From positions 1 to 63,143 of the forward strand of contig JABIYR010000101.1 in the NCBI GenBank assembly GCA_018702695.1: a stretch of 63,143 nucleotides of DNA, given 5' to 3'. The DNA comes from Nitrospina sp. GTDB lineage: Bacteria; Nitrospinota; Nitrospinia; Nitrospinales; VA-1. The notes under the pieces were generated by a model. The model was given only the letters and a program-made list of their open reading frames with translations, ran no database searches and was not told where the DNA came from. Position 1 is the first letter of the stretch. Every line of letters begins with the position of its first letter. Both the position numbers and the translations under genes were made by a program. Below are positions 1-11,282 of this stretch, in pieces.

Positions 1-309
1 ACAGGATATTTGATGCAAAATAATTCTCGAGCCTGACTGACATCCCGAAAAATCATATTGTAGCTACGATCAGTATTGGTATTGGAATCAACCTCAATGA
101 ACACGAACACTCTCCATTTAAAGGCTACATCTTACTCTTATTAGATGAAGGGGGTAAAGAACAAGCGTTTAGAAGGGGCACAGAAAATATTTTGGATAAT
201 CATGTGAGCCTTATGATGCGAAAAAATCTGCAAGGACTGCGGAAAAAATCACAGAAACTGGGTGTATGAGCACACTCAGGGGGGAAACGAATTTGTTGAG
301 GAATATAAA

Positions 310-1347
310 TCAGGCGCTGGCGGTAGCCTGCTTTCCCGGCGCCCGGGTGGTGTTTGTGGTCTTGGAAGCAGAAACTTTTGCGGCGGCATCTGCAAGAATT
401 TTGATGAAATTAATCAAAATTTTCATATCAAAATGCCCTTCCATATTATTTTTCATTTCCGTCAAGGCGGCAAAAGGGGTCATGCCAGATCGATGACTGC
501 GTGGAGAGGTCATTGCCCCAAAAACATCTATGATGCTACATATTCTAGCGTAAAGAGAAATTTTATCGCCCTTCAACTCAAAAGGATAACCCGTGCCATC
601 AAATTTTTCATGATGCTCAGCCACCATTCTTAAAATATTTTCGCTATAACATTTCATGTCGTTGAGAAATTTACGACCCGCGGAAGGATGTTTGCGAATG
701 TACTGAAACTCTTCAGGCTCAAGTTTTCCTTCCTTCATGATAATTTCATAAGGAACGGATTTTTTACCAACATCGAACAACATTCCTCCCAAACCAATTT
801 CTCTCACGGCATCGGGGTTCATCTGTAGTTTTTGCGCCAAGGCCATGCAATATACGCCTGTATTGATGCAATGGGTGTAGGTATGAAAATCTTTTTTGGT
901 GACATGAAAGACATCGATAAACTCAAGATCCCCACGAGACAGACACTCTTGGATAATTTTTACCAAATCTTCAAGAGTACGTAAAATGCGCGAGGAACCG
1001 ATGTTCTCAAAATATTCTTTGATCACCTGTTCGCTGAGAAGGTAAGCATCTTTTAAAACTTTTTTCGGCGGGTCATTTTCTAAAGCTTTTTGCAGTTCGC
1101 CAATTTTAAAAACTTTGTAGTATTTGATGAGGTCGGTTTCATGGATAAAAAACTCCATGCAATCATCGGCTTCCATCATGCCTTTGATCTTTTCGTGGTT
1201 ATCAGGTGTGTAGTCAACAAATTTACGGAACAACGGCTCATCATTCTCATCGTATTCTGCCAGATAAGAAATCTCAAAACCCTGTCCGCAGTTTTTGTTT
1301 AGAAAACCACTATTTATTTCACGATAAAAGTGAGCGATAGTATCCAT
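310..1347 (-). CDS. HD-GYP domain signalling protein (cyclic-di-GMP phosphodiesterase family)
   Basis: ORF 310..1386. The C-terminal HD region contains HHEKFDGTGYP, diagnostic of HD-GYP. The ATG at 1347 (MDTIAHF) follows GGGGAGAAG, whereas the GTG at 1386 has no SD, so the start is uncertain. Confidence 0.8.
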   Translation of the reverse strand: MDTIAHFYREINSGFLNKNCGQGFEISYLAEYDENDEPLFRKFVDYTPDNHEKIKGMMEADDCMEFFIHETDLIKYYKVFKIGELQKALENDPPKKVLKDAYLLSEQVIKEYFENIGSSRILRTLEDLVKIIQECLSRGDLEFIDVFHVTKKDFHTYTHCINTGVYCMALAQKLQMNPDAVREIGLGGMLFDVGKKSVPYEIIMKEGKLEPEEFQYIRKHPSAGRKFLNDMKCYSENILRMVAEHHEKFDGTGYPFELKGDKISLYARICSIIDVFGAMTSPRSHRSGMTPFAALTEMKNNMEGHFDMKILINFIKILADAAAKVSASKTTNTTRAPGKQATASA

Positions 1348-1712
1348 ATCGCGTGCTTCTCCCCGATAAATAATCAACACATACACAAAGCATTGAAAAA
1401 AGTAACCCTTTACAGCAACTTTATGATATTAGAATTTATGTTTTTTAACAATATAATTTATAACATCAAAAAAGTCAATCATTTAACTGGTGAAAGTAAA
1501 TTCCCCTTTACGTCTGAAATTTACAGCATTCCTGTGTTTTCCGGGAAACATGGTTTTCAAATAATTTTGCGGTCACTGAAATATTGGAAATAGGATTGTT
1601 TTCATGCCTATTTATTAAAAAAGGTAGATTTTTTTCCATCTACTTTCTATTTATGGGATATTGCGGTCAAGTTTAATGTTAGCCGTATTTTGATTAGCCG
1701 GGAGTCTGGAAT

Positions 1713-2459
1713 ATGTATAAATTAGTCCTTTTAAGACATGGTCAAAGTCAATGGAATTTGGAAAATCGTTTTACAGGTTGGACTGATGTTGACCTGACCG
1801 AACAGGGAAAGCAGGAAGCCGAAGCGGCAGGGAAACTTTTTCTGCAAGAAGGCTATCATTTCGACATCGCCTATACCTCTGTTCTCAAGCGGGCAATTCG
1901 AACCTTGTGGACGGTTTTGGATAAAATGGATTTGATGTGGATTCCGGTGACTCGGGCTTGGCAACTGAATGAACGTCATTACGGGGCTTTGCAAGGGTTG
2001 GATAAAGCCGAAACCGCAGAAAAGCACGGTGCCGAGCAAGTAAAAATCTGGCGCAGAAGTTATGCCACGCCTCCGCCCCCGCTTCCTGACGATGACGATA
2101 GATTGCCTTCCAAAGATTCTCGTTATTCAGGGATTCCCGCAGACCAGTTACCAGCATGTGAAGCGTTAAAACATACTGTAGACCGTTTTCTGCCCTATTG
2201 GTTCGATCAAATCGTGCCTTCTATTAAGGCTGATAAGAAAGTTTTGGTATGTGCGCATGGCAACAGCTTAAGAGCTTTGGTCAAACATCTGGATAATGTC
2301 AGCGAAGAAGAAATTCTGGAATTGAATATTCCCACGGGTATCCCGCTGGTATACGAATTGGACGAAAATTTAAAAGCCACGAAACATTATTACCTCGGTG
2401 ATCCAGAAGCGGCAAAAAAAGCCGCCGATGCCGTCGCCAACCAAGCGACTGGCCACTAG
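1713..2459 (+). CDS. gpmA: 2,3-bisphosphoglycerate-dependent phosphoglycerate mutase
   Basis: [25 protein letters not shown] (RHG catalytic His) and [10 protein letters not shown] (second His). Length is 248 aa, with GGAG upstream of the ATG. Confidence 0.95.
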   Translation: MYKLVLLRHGQSQWNLENRFTGWTDVDLTEQGKQEAEAAGKLFLQEGYHFDIAYTSVLKRAIRTLWTVLDKMDLMWIPVTRAWQLNERHYGALQGLDKAETAEKHGAEQVKIWRRSYATPPPPLPDDDDRLPSKDSRYSGIPADQLPACEALKHTVDRFLPYWFDQIVPSIKADKKVLVCAHGNSLRALVKHLDNVSEEEILELNIPTGIPLVYELDENLKATKHYYLGDPEAAKKAADAVANQATGH

Positions 2460-2466
2460 CCGTAGC

Positions 2467-4167
2467 CTAGCGGACGGGGCGGAGCATTTCGCGGGCGTGT
2501 TCGAGAGAGGCGTTGGAGATGGTTTCTCCGCTCGACATGCGGGCCAGTTCTTCGACGCGTTCCTCATGTTCTAGTTGGCGGATGCCAGAGCGGGTGCGTT
2601 TGCCCTTGATCTCTTTTTCGATGCGGAAATGCGAAGAACCCATGCCAGCAATTTGCGGAAGATGGGTGATGCAGAAAACTTGTTTGGTTTTTGCGACTTT
2701 TTGCAATTTAACACCCACCTTTTCGGCGATACCGCCGCCGATACCCGTATCGACTTCATCAAAAATCATGACGGGAACGGTATCTTGATCGTTGAGAATC
2801 GATTTTAAAGCCAACATCACCCGCGATAATTCACCGCCAGATGCGATTTTAGCCAGAGGGCGTAGTTCTTCACCCGGGTTGGGAGAAAACAAAAATTCCA
2901 GAGTGCCCAGACCCGTGGGGCTGGGTTTTAGGGTTTCTTTGCGGAACAGAATAAAACCATCTGCGTCTGGCGGGTAATCAAAACGCACACCAAATTGAAC
3001 ATTGTTCATGCTGAGTTCTTTAAGCTCTTTTTCAATACTGCGGGTCAATTTTTGCGAAGATGATTCTCTTTTTTCGGCCAATTTAATAGCCAGTTTGGCA
3101 ATGACCTGTTCTTTTTGTTTTAGTTCTGCTTCTAGGGCTTGGCGATTTTCTTCATTGCAATTCAATTGCTCCAGTTCTTCTGCCATTTGATTGCGACGGA
3201 CTAAAATTTCAGGAATGGTGTTTCCATATTTTCGTTTCAACCCGTTAATCTCGGCCAACCGATCTTCAATCTCTTCCAGTCGATTGGGGTTAAATTCTAA
3301 CGACCGATCATAACCGCGTAAAGACTCGACCACTTCTTCCAGCTCATAAAAAGCGGAGCGAGAGCGTTCAAAAGTGTCTTCCAAGTCAGGGTCGATGGTC
3401 ACGACAGATTCCAGTTCTTTCAAAACCTTTCCCAGGTTTTCAATGATGGAACCATTCTCATCGCTTAAAAGTGATTGGCTTTGTTGTAGGCTAGCGCGTA
3501 TTTTCTCAGCGTGTTTCAGCTTTGAGCTTTCAGCCTTTATGTCCGTTTCTTCTTCTTCTGATAGCCCAGCGTTGTCAATTTCAGAGAGTTGAAAGCTCAA
3601 AAACTCTTCTTTTTGCAAGCGTTCCTGCTCATCAAGGTTCATAGACAGTAAGGTTTTCTTTTGAGCCTGGTAGTCAGAAAAACTCTGCAAAAATTCTTCT
3701 CGCACGGCTTTAGTTTTTCCGTATAGATCAACAAGGTCAACATGCACTTCGGGGTGCAACAAGGTTTGGTGGTCGTGTTGCCCATGCAGGTCTACCAGCC
3801 GATCTCCAATTTTAGCCAAAGTCGAAACCATGACGGTGCTGTCATTGAGCAGGCATCGGTTTTTTCCGGCGTTGGATATCTGCCGTTTGATAAGTAGCTC
3901 ATTGTCCTCCATTTCAATCCCTGAATCTTTGATCAGCGCAAGGGTGATGGGGTCGGTGACTTCAAATAGGGCTTCGACAAAAGCCATACTTTCACCAGAA
4001 CGAATGGAGTCGGTGTCCGCCCTCCCGCCCAGCAAGAGATTCAGAGCATCAATGATGATCGATTTGCCTGCACCGGTTTCACCGGTCAGCACGTTCAACC
4101 CGGTTTCAAAGTTCACCGCCAGATTTTCTATGATGGCGAAATTTTTAATGCGCAATTCTTTAATCAT
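2467..4167 (-). CDS. recN: DNA repair protein RecN
   Basis: N-terminal Walker A GETGAGKS, a long central coiled coil, a C-terminal SGGELSRVMLALK signature and MIFDEVD Walker B. Length 566 aa. Confidence 0.93.
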   Translation of the reverse strand: MIKELRIKNFAIIENLAVNFETGLNVLTGETGAGKSIIIDALNLLLGGRADTDSIRSGESMAFVEALFEVTDPITLALIKDSGIEMEDNELLIKRQISNAGKNRCLLNDSTVMVSTLAKIGDRLVDLHGQHDHQTLLHPEVHVDLVDLYGKTKAVREEFLQSFSDYQAQKKTLLSMNLDEQERLQKEEFLSFQLSEIDNAGLSEEEETDIKAESSKLKHAEKIRASLQQSQSLLSDENGSIIENLGKVLKELESVVTIDPDLEDTFERSRSAFYELEEVVESLRGYDRSLEFNPNRLEEIEDRLAEINGLKRKYGNTIPEILVRRNQMAEELEQLNCNEENRQALEAELKQKEQVIAKLAIKLAEKRESSSQKLTRSIEKELKELSMNNVQFGVRFDYPPDADGFILFRKETLKPSPTGLGTLEFLFSPNPGEELRPLAKIASGGELSRVMLALKSILNDQDTVPVMIFDEVDTGIGGGIAEKVGVKLQKVAKTKQVFCITHLPQIAGMGSSHFRIEKEIKGKRTRSGIRQLEHEERVEELARMSSGETISNASLEHAREMLRPVR

Positions 4168-4976
4168 AAGGTATCAGAAACCAGAGAGGCCAGTTTTTTC
4201 ATTAATGCCTGAGCTTGAGTGCGAATATCAAATAGCCCTTCACCCTCCTCAATCTTATCAGTAAGACGCATGAGAATGAGAAGTGAATTTTTGGCTGATT
4301 TGAAATTATGTTGTGCGTAATAAGCTCTCGCAAGCCCCCAATGATTCTCGGCAAAATCTGGGGCCAGTCGAACCGCTTCTTCAAGATAATAAACGGACTG
4401 GTCGAGATTTCCACCCAGAAAAAACGGCAACTCAAGATAAAAATTGCCCAAAGCCCGAAGTGGTCCTCCATGCTGAATACCAGGGTCGAGTTGCAGGGCT
4501 TGTTTCATATCCATCTCAAAGGGTTCGATAACTTCTAGGCTGGCCCAAATGCCTTCCATTTCCCCCTGTTTGCCCCTGCATAATGCACGATAAAAATAAC
4601 CGATGGCTGAATCGGGCTGGGTGACCAGAGATCGACTACTGCGTTCAATGCATTGCGTAAAATGATGATATTTTAGGTTTTCACTATCGGTATGTTTAGC
4701 GAGGGAGTAATGCGAGCGAGCCAGTCGCCACTCCCATTCAGGCTGATTGGGTTTTGCTTGAAGAAGTGTTCGAATATTTTTTGCGACCTTTTCAAGCTCT
4801 TCATACGTTTTGGCCTGTTGGTATTGCTTGTCTGAGTCAGTCAACTCAGAAAAGGCTAGGCAGGGTTTCTGCGTACCAAGCATAGAAAATAGGGTCAGCA
4901 GAAAAATATAAGTGCTGAGATTCCGACAACCTTGCCAGTCGTCTGAGATATGTTTTAGGAAGGAACCGGATTTCAT
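4164..4976 (-). CDS. secreted helical-repeat (TPR-like) protein, function unknown
   Basis: Hydrophobic N-terminal signal-like segment, then helical repeat composition. Its stop overlaps the recN start by 4 nt, suggesting co-transcription. Confidence 0.5.
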   Translation of the reverse strand: MKSGSFLKHISDDWQGCRNLSTYIFLLTLFSMLGTQKPCLAFSELTDSDKQYQQAKTYEELEKVAKNIRTLLQAKPNQPEWEWRLARSHYSLAKHTDSENLKYHHFTQCIERSSRSLVTQPDSAIGYFYRALCRGKQGEMEGIWASLEVIEPFEMDMKQALQLDPGIQHGGPLRALGNFYLELPFFLGGNLDQSVYYLEEAVRLAPDFAENHWGLARAYYAQHNFKSAKNSLLILMRLTDKIEEGEGLFDIRTQAQALMKKLASLVSDTL

Positions 4977-5150
4977 GAGTTGTTTTAGCTATCGGGTGAT
5001 AATTTTTTAAATTAAATTGCCCGGTGGGTTTGAGTTATAATTCAAAGGCGTCCCTAGAAAACCAAGCTATTTGTTGAGAAAGCAAATTTGTTTTCTGCCG
5101 TAGGGGCTGGGTCGCACAGTCATTCAATCTAAAATATATCATAGCCGAAT

Positions 5151-5762
5151 ATGAAAAAATTCTTAAGCACCATTTCGTTAGTTGTTTTGATGGTTGTTAT
5201 AGTTGTTCCCAAACTGGTTTTTGCAGTCAGCCTAGATCGGGGGCCGCAGGGATCGGTGGAATACCTCTTGGGAGAAATTCGCCAGATCAAAGCGGATAAA
5301 AATCAAACCATCAAGGCAGAAAACCAGAAACACTCTCAATTGGCCCTGAGCCAGTTAAACGTAGCGCAGATCAGCAAAAAAGCGTTGGGAAAATATTGGT
5401 CCCAGCGCAGTGATTCTGAAAAGAAAATGTTTCAGAATCTATTGGGCGAGCTATTCATTCATGTGGCGTTTCCCAGTTCGGCTAAATTTTTTGCCGAACT
5501 GGATTTAATATATGGAAAAACCAAGGCAGAAAAACAAAGGATGGTGGTACCTTTGACTGTTGTTCATGAAAAAGAGGGGGAAGTTGGGATTGACTTTCGC
5601 CTAACCCAGACCAAAGGCCAATGGCAGGTGGTGGATGTGGTTCTAGATGGGGTGAGCATGCGGAACAATTTACGCAATCAGTTTTATAAGGTGATATCTA
5701 AAAAAGATTTTAATCAACTCACTCGCAAAATGGAAAAAAAGTTGAAAGCCGCAAAACGCTGA
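5151..5762 (+). CDS. mlaC: MlaC/Ttg2D-family periplasmic phospholipid-binding protein
   Basis: N-terminal signal peptide. Length is about 200 aa, and the C-terminal WQVVDVVLDGVSMRNNLRNQF segment is typical of the toluene-tolerance Ttg2D/MlaC family. Confidence 0.7.
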   Translation: MKKFLSTISLVVLMVVIVVPKLVFAVSLDRGPQGSVEYLLGEIRQIKADKNQTIKAENQKHSQLALSQLNVAQISKKALGKYWSQRSDSEKKMFQNLLGELFIHVAFPSSAKFFAELDLIYGKTKAEKQRMVVPLTVVHEKEGEVGIDFRLTQTKGQWQVVDVVLDGVSMRNNLRNQFYKVISKKDFNQLTRKMEKKLKAAKR

Positions 5763-5802
5763 TACTTTAACCCTGTGCTGAGATAATTTTCCGGTAAAAA
5801 GA

Positions 5803-7128
5803 ATGAAAAAAATTGGTTTAGTAAGTTTGGGGTGTCCAAAAAATACAGTGGACTCTGAGCGGGTTTTGGGCGATTTGGCCTCTTCAGGTTTCAGCCTCAC
5901 CCCAGAGGAAAAAAATGCAGAAGTCATTATTGTTAACACCTGTGGTTTTATCGAGTCAGCCAAAAAAGAATCCATTGATACGATTCTGGAAATGGCGCAA
6001 CACAAAAAAGAGGGCAATTGCCAACAATTGATTGTCACCGGTTGTCTGGCTGAGCGTTATGGTCAGGAGTTGTTGGATGAAATCCCTGAAATAGACCATT
6101 TGCTGGGGGTGGGTCAGTATCCGCAATTGAAAAATATTATCGCGGCGGAAGAAGGCTCGTTATCGAAAAATCATGTTGCGACTCCTGCTGAATATTATGA
6201 ATCGTATACAGACCGTTTATTGACCACGGCGTTTTATACCGCTTATTTGAAAATTGCCGAAGGTTGCTCTAACCGCTGTGCGTTTTGCACCATTCCGAAA
6301 ATGCGCGGTCAGTTTCGCAGTCGCTCTCCAGAGTCCATACTTGCCGAAGCCGAAAATTTAGCTAAGAAAGGGGTCAAAGAATTTAACTTGATCTCGCAAG
6401 ATACAACTATGTATGGCTTTGACCTGCGAATGAAAGATGGGCTGATACGTCTATTAAGGGAAATGTCCAAGGTTGAAGGGGTGGAATGGCTACGACTTTT
6501 ATATTGTTATCCGACTTTTTTGAGTTCGGAGCTGATCGAGTTCATTGCGTCAGAACCGAAAGTGTGCCGCTATATTGATGTGCCGCTCCAGCACACGCAT
6601 GACGAAATGCTCAAAAGCATGAAACGTCAGGAGACCGAAGGAGGGGTGCGGAAAATGCTTGAGGAAGTGCGGCTGAAAATCCCCGATGTAGCATTGAGAA
6701 CGACATTTATCACTGGCTTCCCTGGCGAAACCGAAGAACATTTTCAACATATGGTGCGCTTTCTATGTGAAGTGGAATTCGACCATGTGGGCATTTTTAC
6801 TTATTCAGATGAAGAGGGCACCACTGCCTTTGACTACCCCAACCGCGTGCCGCAGGAAGTGAAAGAGCAGCGCCGGGATACCCTGATGGAATTTCAAAGA
6901 GAAATTGCGCTACGCAAAAACCGCGAGCGGCTGGGCAAAGTGGAGCGGGTATTAGTGGAAGGTTTTGACCCGCAGGAAAACTATATAATGACCGGCAGGC
7001 TGGCAACTCAGGCACCGGATATTGACGGCCAAGTTTTGCTGGAAAAATGCGAAGCGGAGCCGGGAGAGATCATCAATGTAAAAATCAAACAGGTTGCAGA
7101 GTATGACCTAGTTGCAGAACCTGTATGA
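5803..7128 (+). CDS. rimO: ribosomal protein S12 methylthiotransferase RimO
   Basis: N-terminal SLGCPKN (UPF0004), radical-SAM CSNRCAFC (CxxxCxxC) and a C-terminal TRAM-like region. Length 441 aa. Confidence 0.9.
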   Translation: MKKIGLVSLGCPKNTVDSERVLGDLASSGFSLTPEEKNAEVIIVNTCGFIESAKKESIDTILEMAQHKKEGNCQQLIVTGCLAERYGQELLDEIPEIDHLLGVGQYPQLKNIIAAEEGSLSKNHVATPAEYYESYTDRLLTTAFYTAYLKIAEGCSNRCAFCTIPKMRGQFRSRSPESILAEAENLAKKGVKEFNLISQDTTMYGFDLRMKDGLIRLLREMSKVEGVEWLRLLYCYPTFLSSELIEFIASEPKVCRYIDVPLQHTHDEMLKSMKRQETEGGVRKMLEEVRLKIPDVALRTTFITGFPGETEEHFQHMVRFLCEVEFDHVGIFTYSDEEGTTAFDYPNRVPQEVKEQRRDTLMEFQREIALRKNRERLGKVERVLVEGFDPQENYIMTGRLATQAPDIDGQVLLEKCEAEPGEIINVKIKQVAEYDLVAEPV

Positions 7129-7141
7129 AAATCAATTTCCC

Positions 7142-8236
7142 ATGAGCCTAAAACGTGTTGGAATATTAACGGGGGGAGGCGACTGCCCAGGCCTGAATGC
7201 GGTGATCAGAGGGGTCACACGATCAGCGATCATTGGTCATGAAGCCGAGGTCATCGGTATTGAGCAAGGCTTTGAAGGGCTGATTTTTGATCGGCACCGA
7301 AAGCTCACGATTGCAGAAACCAAAGACATTCTTCCGCTGGGGGGAACCATTCTTGGTACTACCAATAAGGGAGACCCTTTTCAATACCGTCAATTCGATA
7401 AAGATGGGCAGTTGACAACGCAGGATTACTCTCAAAGAACCATTGAAAATTTAAAACGTCTAGATCTGGACTGCTTATTTGTGGTGGGTGGGGACGGAAC
7501 CTTGAGGTTGGGGTATAAATTTTTTGAAATGGGCTTTCCGGTGATAGGCATCCCCAAGACGATTGATAACGATTTAGCAGGCACCGATTACACCTTTGGT
7601 TACCAGACGGCGGTTCAGGTTGCTTGCGATGCGCTCGATCGCCTGCAAACCACTGGCGAGAGCCATCAACGCGTCATGATTCTGGAGGTGATGGGCCGCG
7701 ATGCGGGTTGGATTGCTCTGGAATCGGGAGTTTCTGGAGGCGCGCATGTGATTCTTATCCCAGAAATCCCCTATGATCTGGAAAAAGTGCTGGAAAAAAT
7801 ACGTTTGAGAAAAGAAGGTGGAAGCCCTTTCAGTGTGATCGTGGTGGCAGAGGGAGCCAAAGAAATTGGTAAAGATGTTATCACCAGCGCAACTGCATCG
7901 ACCCGGTTGCAGGGGGTGGCCCAACTAGGCGGGGTGGGAGGCTATATAGCCCAGCAATTGAGTGACCGCATTGATTTAGAAGTTCGTTGTACCGTTCTGG
8001 GGCATGTTCAGCGTGGCGGCACTCCCTTATCATTCGACCGCATACTCGGAACTCGACTGGGAACTCAGGCGGTGGAAGCCGCGGCGCAGGGAAATTTGGG
8101 CACTATGGTAGCCCTGCGATCCCAGGAGATCATCCTCATCCCATTGAAATCTTTGGCGGGCATCACCCGCAAGGTTCCCGAAGACTCACAGCTGGTTCGC
8201 ACCGCTGAATCGATAGGGCTCTGTCTAGGGCGTTAG
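7142..8236 (+). CDS. pfk: 6-phosphofructokinase (family A; phosphoryl donor ATP or PPi unresolved)
   Basis: GILTGGGDCPGLNAVIRG, VVGGDGT and IPKTIDNDL motifs. I prefer the ATG at 7142 (MSLKRVGILTGGG) to the ORF-track start at 7112, which overlaps rimO. Confidence 0.9.
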   Translation: MSLKRVGILTGGGDCPGLNAVIRGVTRSAIIGHEAEVIGIEQGFEGLIFDRHRKLTIAETKDILPLGGTILGTTNKGDPFQYRQFDKDGQLTTQDYSQRTIENLKRLDLDCLFVVGGDGTLRLGYKFFEMGFPVIGIPKTIDNDLAGTDYTFGYQTAVQVACDALDRLQTTGESHQRVMILEVMGRDAGWIALESGVSGGAHVILIPEIPYDLEKVLEKIRLRKEGGSPFSVIVVAEGAKEIGKDVITSATASTRLQGVAQLGGVGGYIAQQLSDRIDLEVRCTVLGHVQRGGTPLSFDRILGTRLGTQAVEAAAQGNLGTMVALRSQEIILIPLKSLAGITRKVPEDSQLVRTAESIGLCLGR

Positions 8237-8451
8237 GGAAATGCCCCAAATGTGAGCCAGCTATATTTTTCCCGCTTGTGTATTGTCACACAGGGTTCGA
8301 TATGTTATTCTAGTCCGCAATTTAGTTTCCCTAGGGAACTTTCCCAAAAAACAACACGCACGTTTCCGGATCAAGCCAAGGGTGGCCTGTAGGTTCTTGG
8401 CGCGAAATGATGGAGGCGAAGGTACAACCCAATCACTTTTAAGGAGTTTGC

Positions 8452-9234
8452 ATGTCTGAAATTACAATGAAACAACTGTTGGAGTCGGGTGTCCATTTTG
8501 GTCATCAGACAAATCGCTGGAATCCCAAAATGAAACCTTATATTTATGGGGCGCGAAGTGGAATTTATATCATAGACCTGCAGAAAACCCTGACCGGTTT
8601 TCAGGCGGCTGAAAAATATGTTCGAGATATGGCTAAGGCGGGTAAGAAAATTCTTTTTGTTGCCACGAAAAAACAGGCACAAGAATTGATCGCCGAGGAA
8701 GCCACTCGCTGTGGAATGTACTACATCAATCAAAGATGGCTGGGCGGAACTTTGACAAACTTCGCCACCATTCGCAAAAGTATTGCTCGGTTGCACGAAC
8801 TGGAAAAGATGGATGAGGAAAACAAGTTCGACCTAATGCATAAAAAAGAAGCTTTGAAGATGAGAAGAGAGATTGAAAAACTGAACAAGTTTTTCAGAGG
8901 CATCAAAAATATGAAAGATCTTCCAGATGCTCTTTTCATTGTTGATACACGAAAAGAAAAAATTGCGTTGGCTGAAGGTAAAAAGCTGGGCATCAAAATT
9001 ATAGCCATGGTCGATACCAACTCCAACCCCGATGACGTGGACTTTCCTATTCCGGCAAATGATGACGCGATGCGTTCTATCAAATTATTTGCTCAGAGAC
9101 TTGCGAATGTTTGTTTGGAAGGGCAAGAAATGAGCAAAGCCAGTAAAGAAAAAGAAGGCAAGGAAAATAAGGCAGAAAAAACCGCACCGACTGCTTCAGC
9201 GAAGCCAGCCCCGGTTGCCAGTGAAAAAAGTTAA
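8452..9234 (+). CDS. rpsB: 30S ribosomal protein S2
   Basis: [19 protein letters not shown] signature. AAGGAG lies 7 nt upstream of the ATG. The protein has a Lys/Ala/Pro-rich C-terminal tail. Confidence 0.97.
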   Translation: MSEITMKQLLESGVHFGHQTNRWNPKMKPYIYGARSGIYIIDLQKTLTGFQAAEKYVRDMAKAGKKILFVATKKQAQELIAEEATRCGMYYINQRWLGGTLTNFATIRKSIARLHELEKMDEENKFDLMHKKEALKMRREIEKLNKFFRGIKNMKDLPDALFIVDTRKEKIALAEGKKLGIKIIAMVDTNSNPDDVDFPIPANDDAMRSIKLFAQRLANVCLEGQEMSKASKEKEGKENKAEKTAPTASAKPAPVASEKS

Positions 9235-9256
9235 AACCAAACACCTAAGCCGATGC

Positions 9257-9280
9257 AAACCCCTGTTATGACAGGGGTTT
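9257..9280 (+). terminator. GC-rich hairpin between rpsB and tsf (possible partial terminator/attenuator)
   Basis: AAACCCCTGT-tatg-ACAGGGGTTT is a perfect 10-bp stem located 23 nt after the rpsB stop. There is no clear U-tract beyond the TTT in the stem. Confidence 0.45.
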
Positions 9281-9415
9281 CGTGGGTTGAGAAATGAGCT
9301 ATCCTTGAGGTCAATTCAAGGCGTCTCCCCAACAAGGGTTTGAGACTATGAGCTCAAAGAGTCGGTGTTCACGTATTTAATTTTAACAAACAATTTAATT
9401 GATTAAGGGAACGGA

Positions 9416-10003
9416 ATGGAAATTACAGCAGCGATGGTTAAAGAATTGCGCTCGCAGACGGGTTCAGGAATTATGGAGTGCAAATCGGCTCTGAAAGAAA
9501 CCAATGGAAATACAGAAGACGCGATCACCTTTCTCCGCAAAAAAGGGTTGGCTAAAGCAGATAAAAAGGCAGATCGTCAGACGGCTGATGGAAGAGTTGG
9601 AACCTATATCCATCCGGGTGATAAAATTGGTGTGATGGTCGCGCTCCACTGCGAAACCGATTTTGTGGCGAATACGGATGACTTTAAAGAATTGTGCCGA
9701 GACATTTCCATGCATATTGCCGCGACCAAACCTCGATTTGCTAACCGCGAAGAAGTGACAGAAGATATTTTGGCAAAAGAGCGAGAAATCTTTTCTCACC
9801 AAGCCAAAGAATCTGGCAAGCCAGAAAATATCGTTGAAAAGATTGTGACAGGCAAAATGGAAAAATTCTATGAAGATAACTGTGTTCTGGAGCAAGCCTT
9901 CATTAAAGATACCAGTGTAACCGTAGGCGAATTGATCAAGCAGAAAATTGCTTTGTTGGGTGAAAATATCAATCTCGGTAAATTTTCAAGATTTGAGATT
10001 TAA
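9416..10003 (+). CDS. tsf: translation elongation factor Ts (short form)
   Basis: The N-terminal UBA-like segment [20 protein letters not shown] is typical of EF-Ts. Length 195 aa. Confidence 0.95.
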   Translation: MEITAAMVKELRSQTGSGIMECKSALKETNGNTEDAITFLRKKGLAKADKKADRQTADGRVGTYIHPGDKIGVMVALHCETDFVANTDDFKELCRDISMHIAATKPRFANREEVTEDILAKEREIFSHQAKESGKPENIVEKIVTGKMEKFYEDNCVLEQAFIKDTSVTVGELIKQKIALLGENINLGKFSRFEI

Positions 10004-10728
10004 TGGATAAACTGGTTTATAAAAGGGTATTGCTGAAGCTGGGCGGAGAAAGTCTGGCCGCAGGAGAAGGCGCATTTGGCCTAGATGAAGGGGCCTTGAC
10101 AAATATTGCAGAAGAGGTGCGTGAGGCTAAAGAGCTAGGCGTAGAAATTGCCATTGTTGTCGGAGGAGGCAATATTCTAAGAGGTGCATCCTTAAGTGCG
10201 ATAGGTATTGAGCGCACAACGGGCGACTATATGGGTATGCTTGCTACGGTGATCAACGGACTGGCATTGCAACACGCTTTGGAGCGTGTTGGAATTCCGA
10301 CTCGTGTGCAATCGGCAGTCGAAATTAAGGCGGTTTCAGAAGCCTATGTGCGTCGTCGCGCAATTCGTCATCTTGAAAAAGGGCGTGTGGTTATTTTTGC
10401 AGGCGGAACGGGTAATCCTTATTTCACCACCGATACAGCGGCTTCATTGAGAGCGATGGAGATTGATGCGAATGTCATATTCAAAGCCACTAAGGTCGAT
10501 GGAGTTTATAGCTCAGACCCGAAGACGGATGAGTCGGCCATAAAGTTTAATGAACTGTCTTATCTGGATGTGTTGAATAAAGGGTTGAAGGTCATGGACT
10601 CGACTGCGATATCTCTTTGTATGGACAATAAACTGCCGTTAGTTATTTTTAACTTTCGCGATAAACATAGTATTAAACGGGTATTGCTGGGTGAGCAACT
10701 TGGCACAAAGGTGGGAGCCTCAAAATGA
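10003..10728 (+). CDS. pyrH: UMP kinase
   Basis: [21 protein letters not shown] and [13 protein letters not shown] motifs. The start overlaps the tsf stop (TAATG). Confidence 0.96.
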   Translation: MDKLVYKRVLLKLGGESLAAGEGAFGLDEGALTNIAEEVREAKELGVEIAIVVGGGNILRGASLSAIGIERTTGDYMGMLATVINGLALQHALERVGIPTRVQSAVEIKAVSEAYVRRRAIRHLEKGRVVIFAGGTGNPYFTTDTAASLRAMEIDANVIFKATKVDGVYSSDPKTDESAIKFNELSYLDVLNKGLKVMDSTAISLCMDNKLPLVIFNFRDKHSIKRVLLGEQLGTKVGASK

Positions 10729-11282
10729 TTGCAGAATTGATGCAGGAAATGGAAAAAAAACTGGGTGCTTCGATCGACCACCTGCATGGTGAGTTGGGGA
10801 AGTTGCGCACAGGGCAAGCCTCTGTCGTCTTGCTCGATGGTCTCATGGTGGATTATTATGGCAACCCAACGCCTTTAAAGCAGGTGGCAACATTGGGCAC
10901 TCCCGATAGCCAAACCCTGACGATCACCCCTTGGGAAACATCGATACTGAAAGAGATTGAAAAATCCATTCAGTCTTCAGACTTGGGTTTGACCCCCAAT
11001 AACGATGGTAAGATGGTTCGCCTCACTATTCCGCCTTTGACCAGTGAGCGTCGGCAACAACTGGTCAAGTTGGTAAAAAAATACTCTGAGGACTGCAAGG
11101 TTGCAATCCGCAATGTGCGCCGAGACATTAACGAAAAGCTGAAAAAACTAGAAAAGAACCATGAGATTTCTGAGGATGAAAGCCGCAAAAGTGCGGACGA
11201 CACGCAAAAATTGACTGACAAATTTGTCGCAGAAGTTGATAAGATTGCCGCAGTAAAAGAAAAAGATGTCATGGATGTTTGA
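10725..11282 (+). CDS. frr: ribosome recycling factor
   Basis: 185 aa with [18 protein letters not shown] and IRNVRRD motifs. There is a 4-nt ATGA overlap with pyrH. Confidence 0.96.
   Translation: MIAELMQEMEKKLGASIDHLHGELGKLRTGQASVVLLDGLMVDYYGNPTPLKQVATLGTPDSQTLTITPWETSILKEIEKSIQSSDLGLTPNNDGKMVRLTIPPLTSERRQQLVKLVKKYSEDCKVAIRNVRRDINEKLKKLEKNHEISEDESRKSADDTQKLTDKFVAEVDKIAAVKEKDVMDV

Noticed and set aside
1-268. A plus-strand reading frame at the left edge encodes ...ATISIGIGINLNEHEH..., faintly reminiscent of the GIGIN motif of biotin-protein ligase BirA. An in-frame TAA at 21-23 suggested a pseudogene.
   Set aside because: Apart from the short GIGIN string, the downstream 60 residues do not resemble a BirA C-terminal domain. 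There is no plausible start after the stop and the fragment is too short to judge, so I left it unannotated.
262-633. Plus-strand ORFs of 123 and 76 aa at the left end.
   Set aside because: They are antisense to the HD-GYP gene, whose catalytic motifs are intact, and their translations have no motifs.
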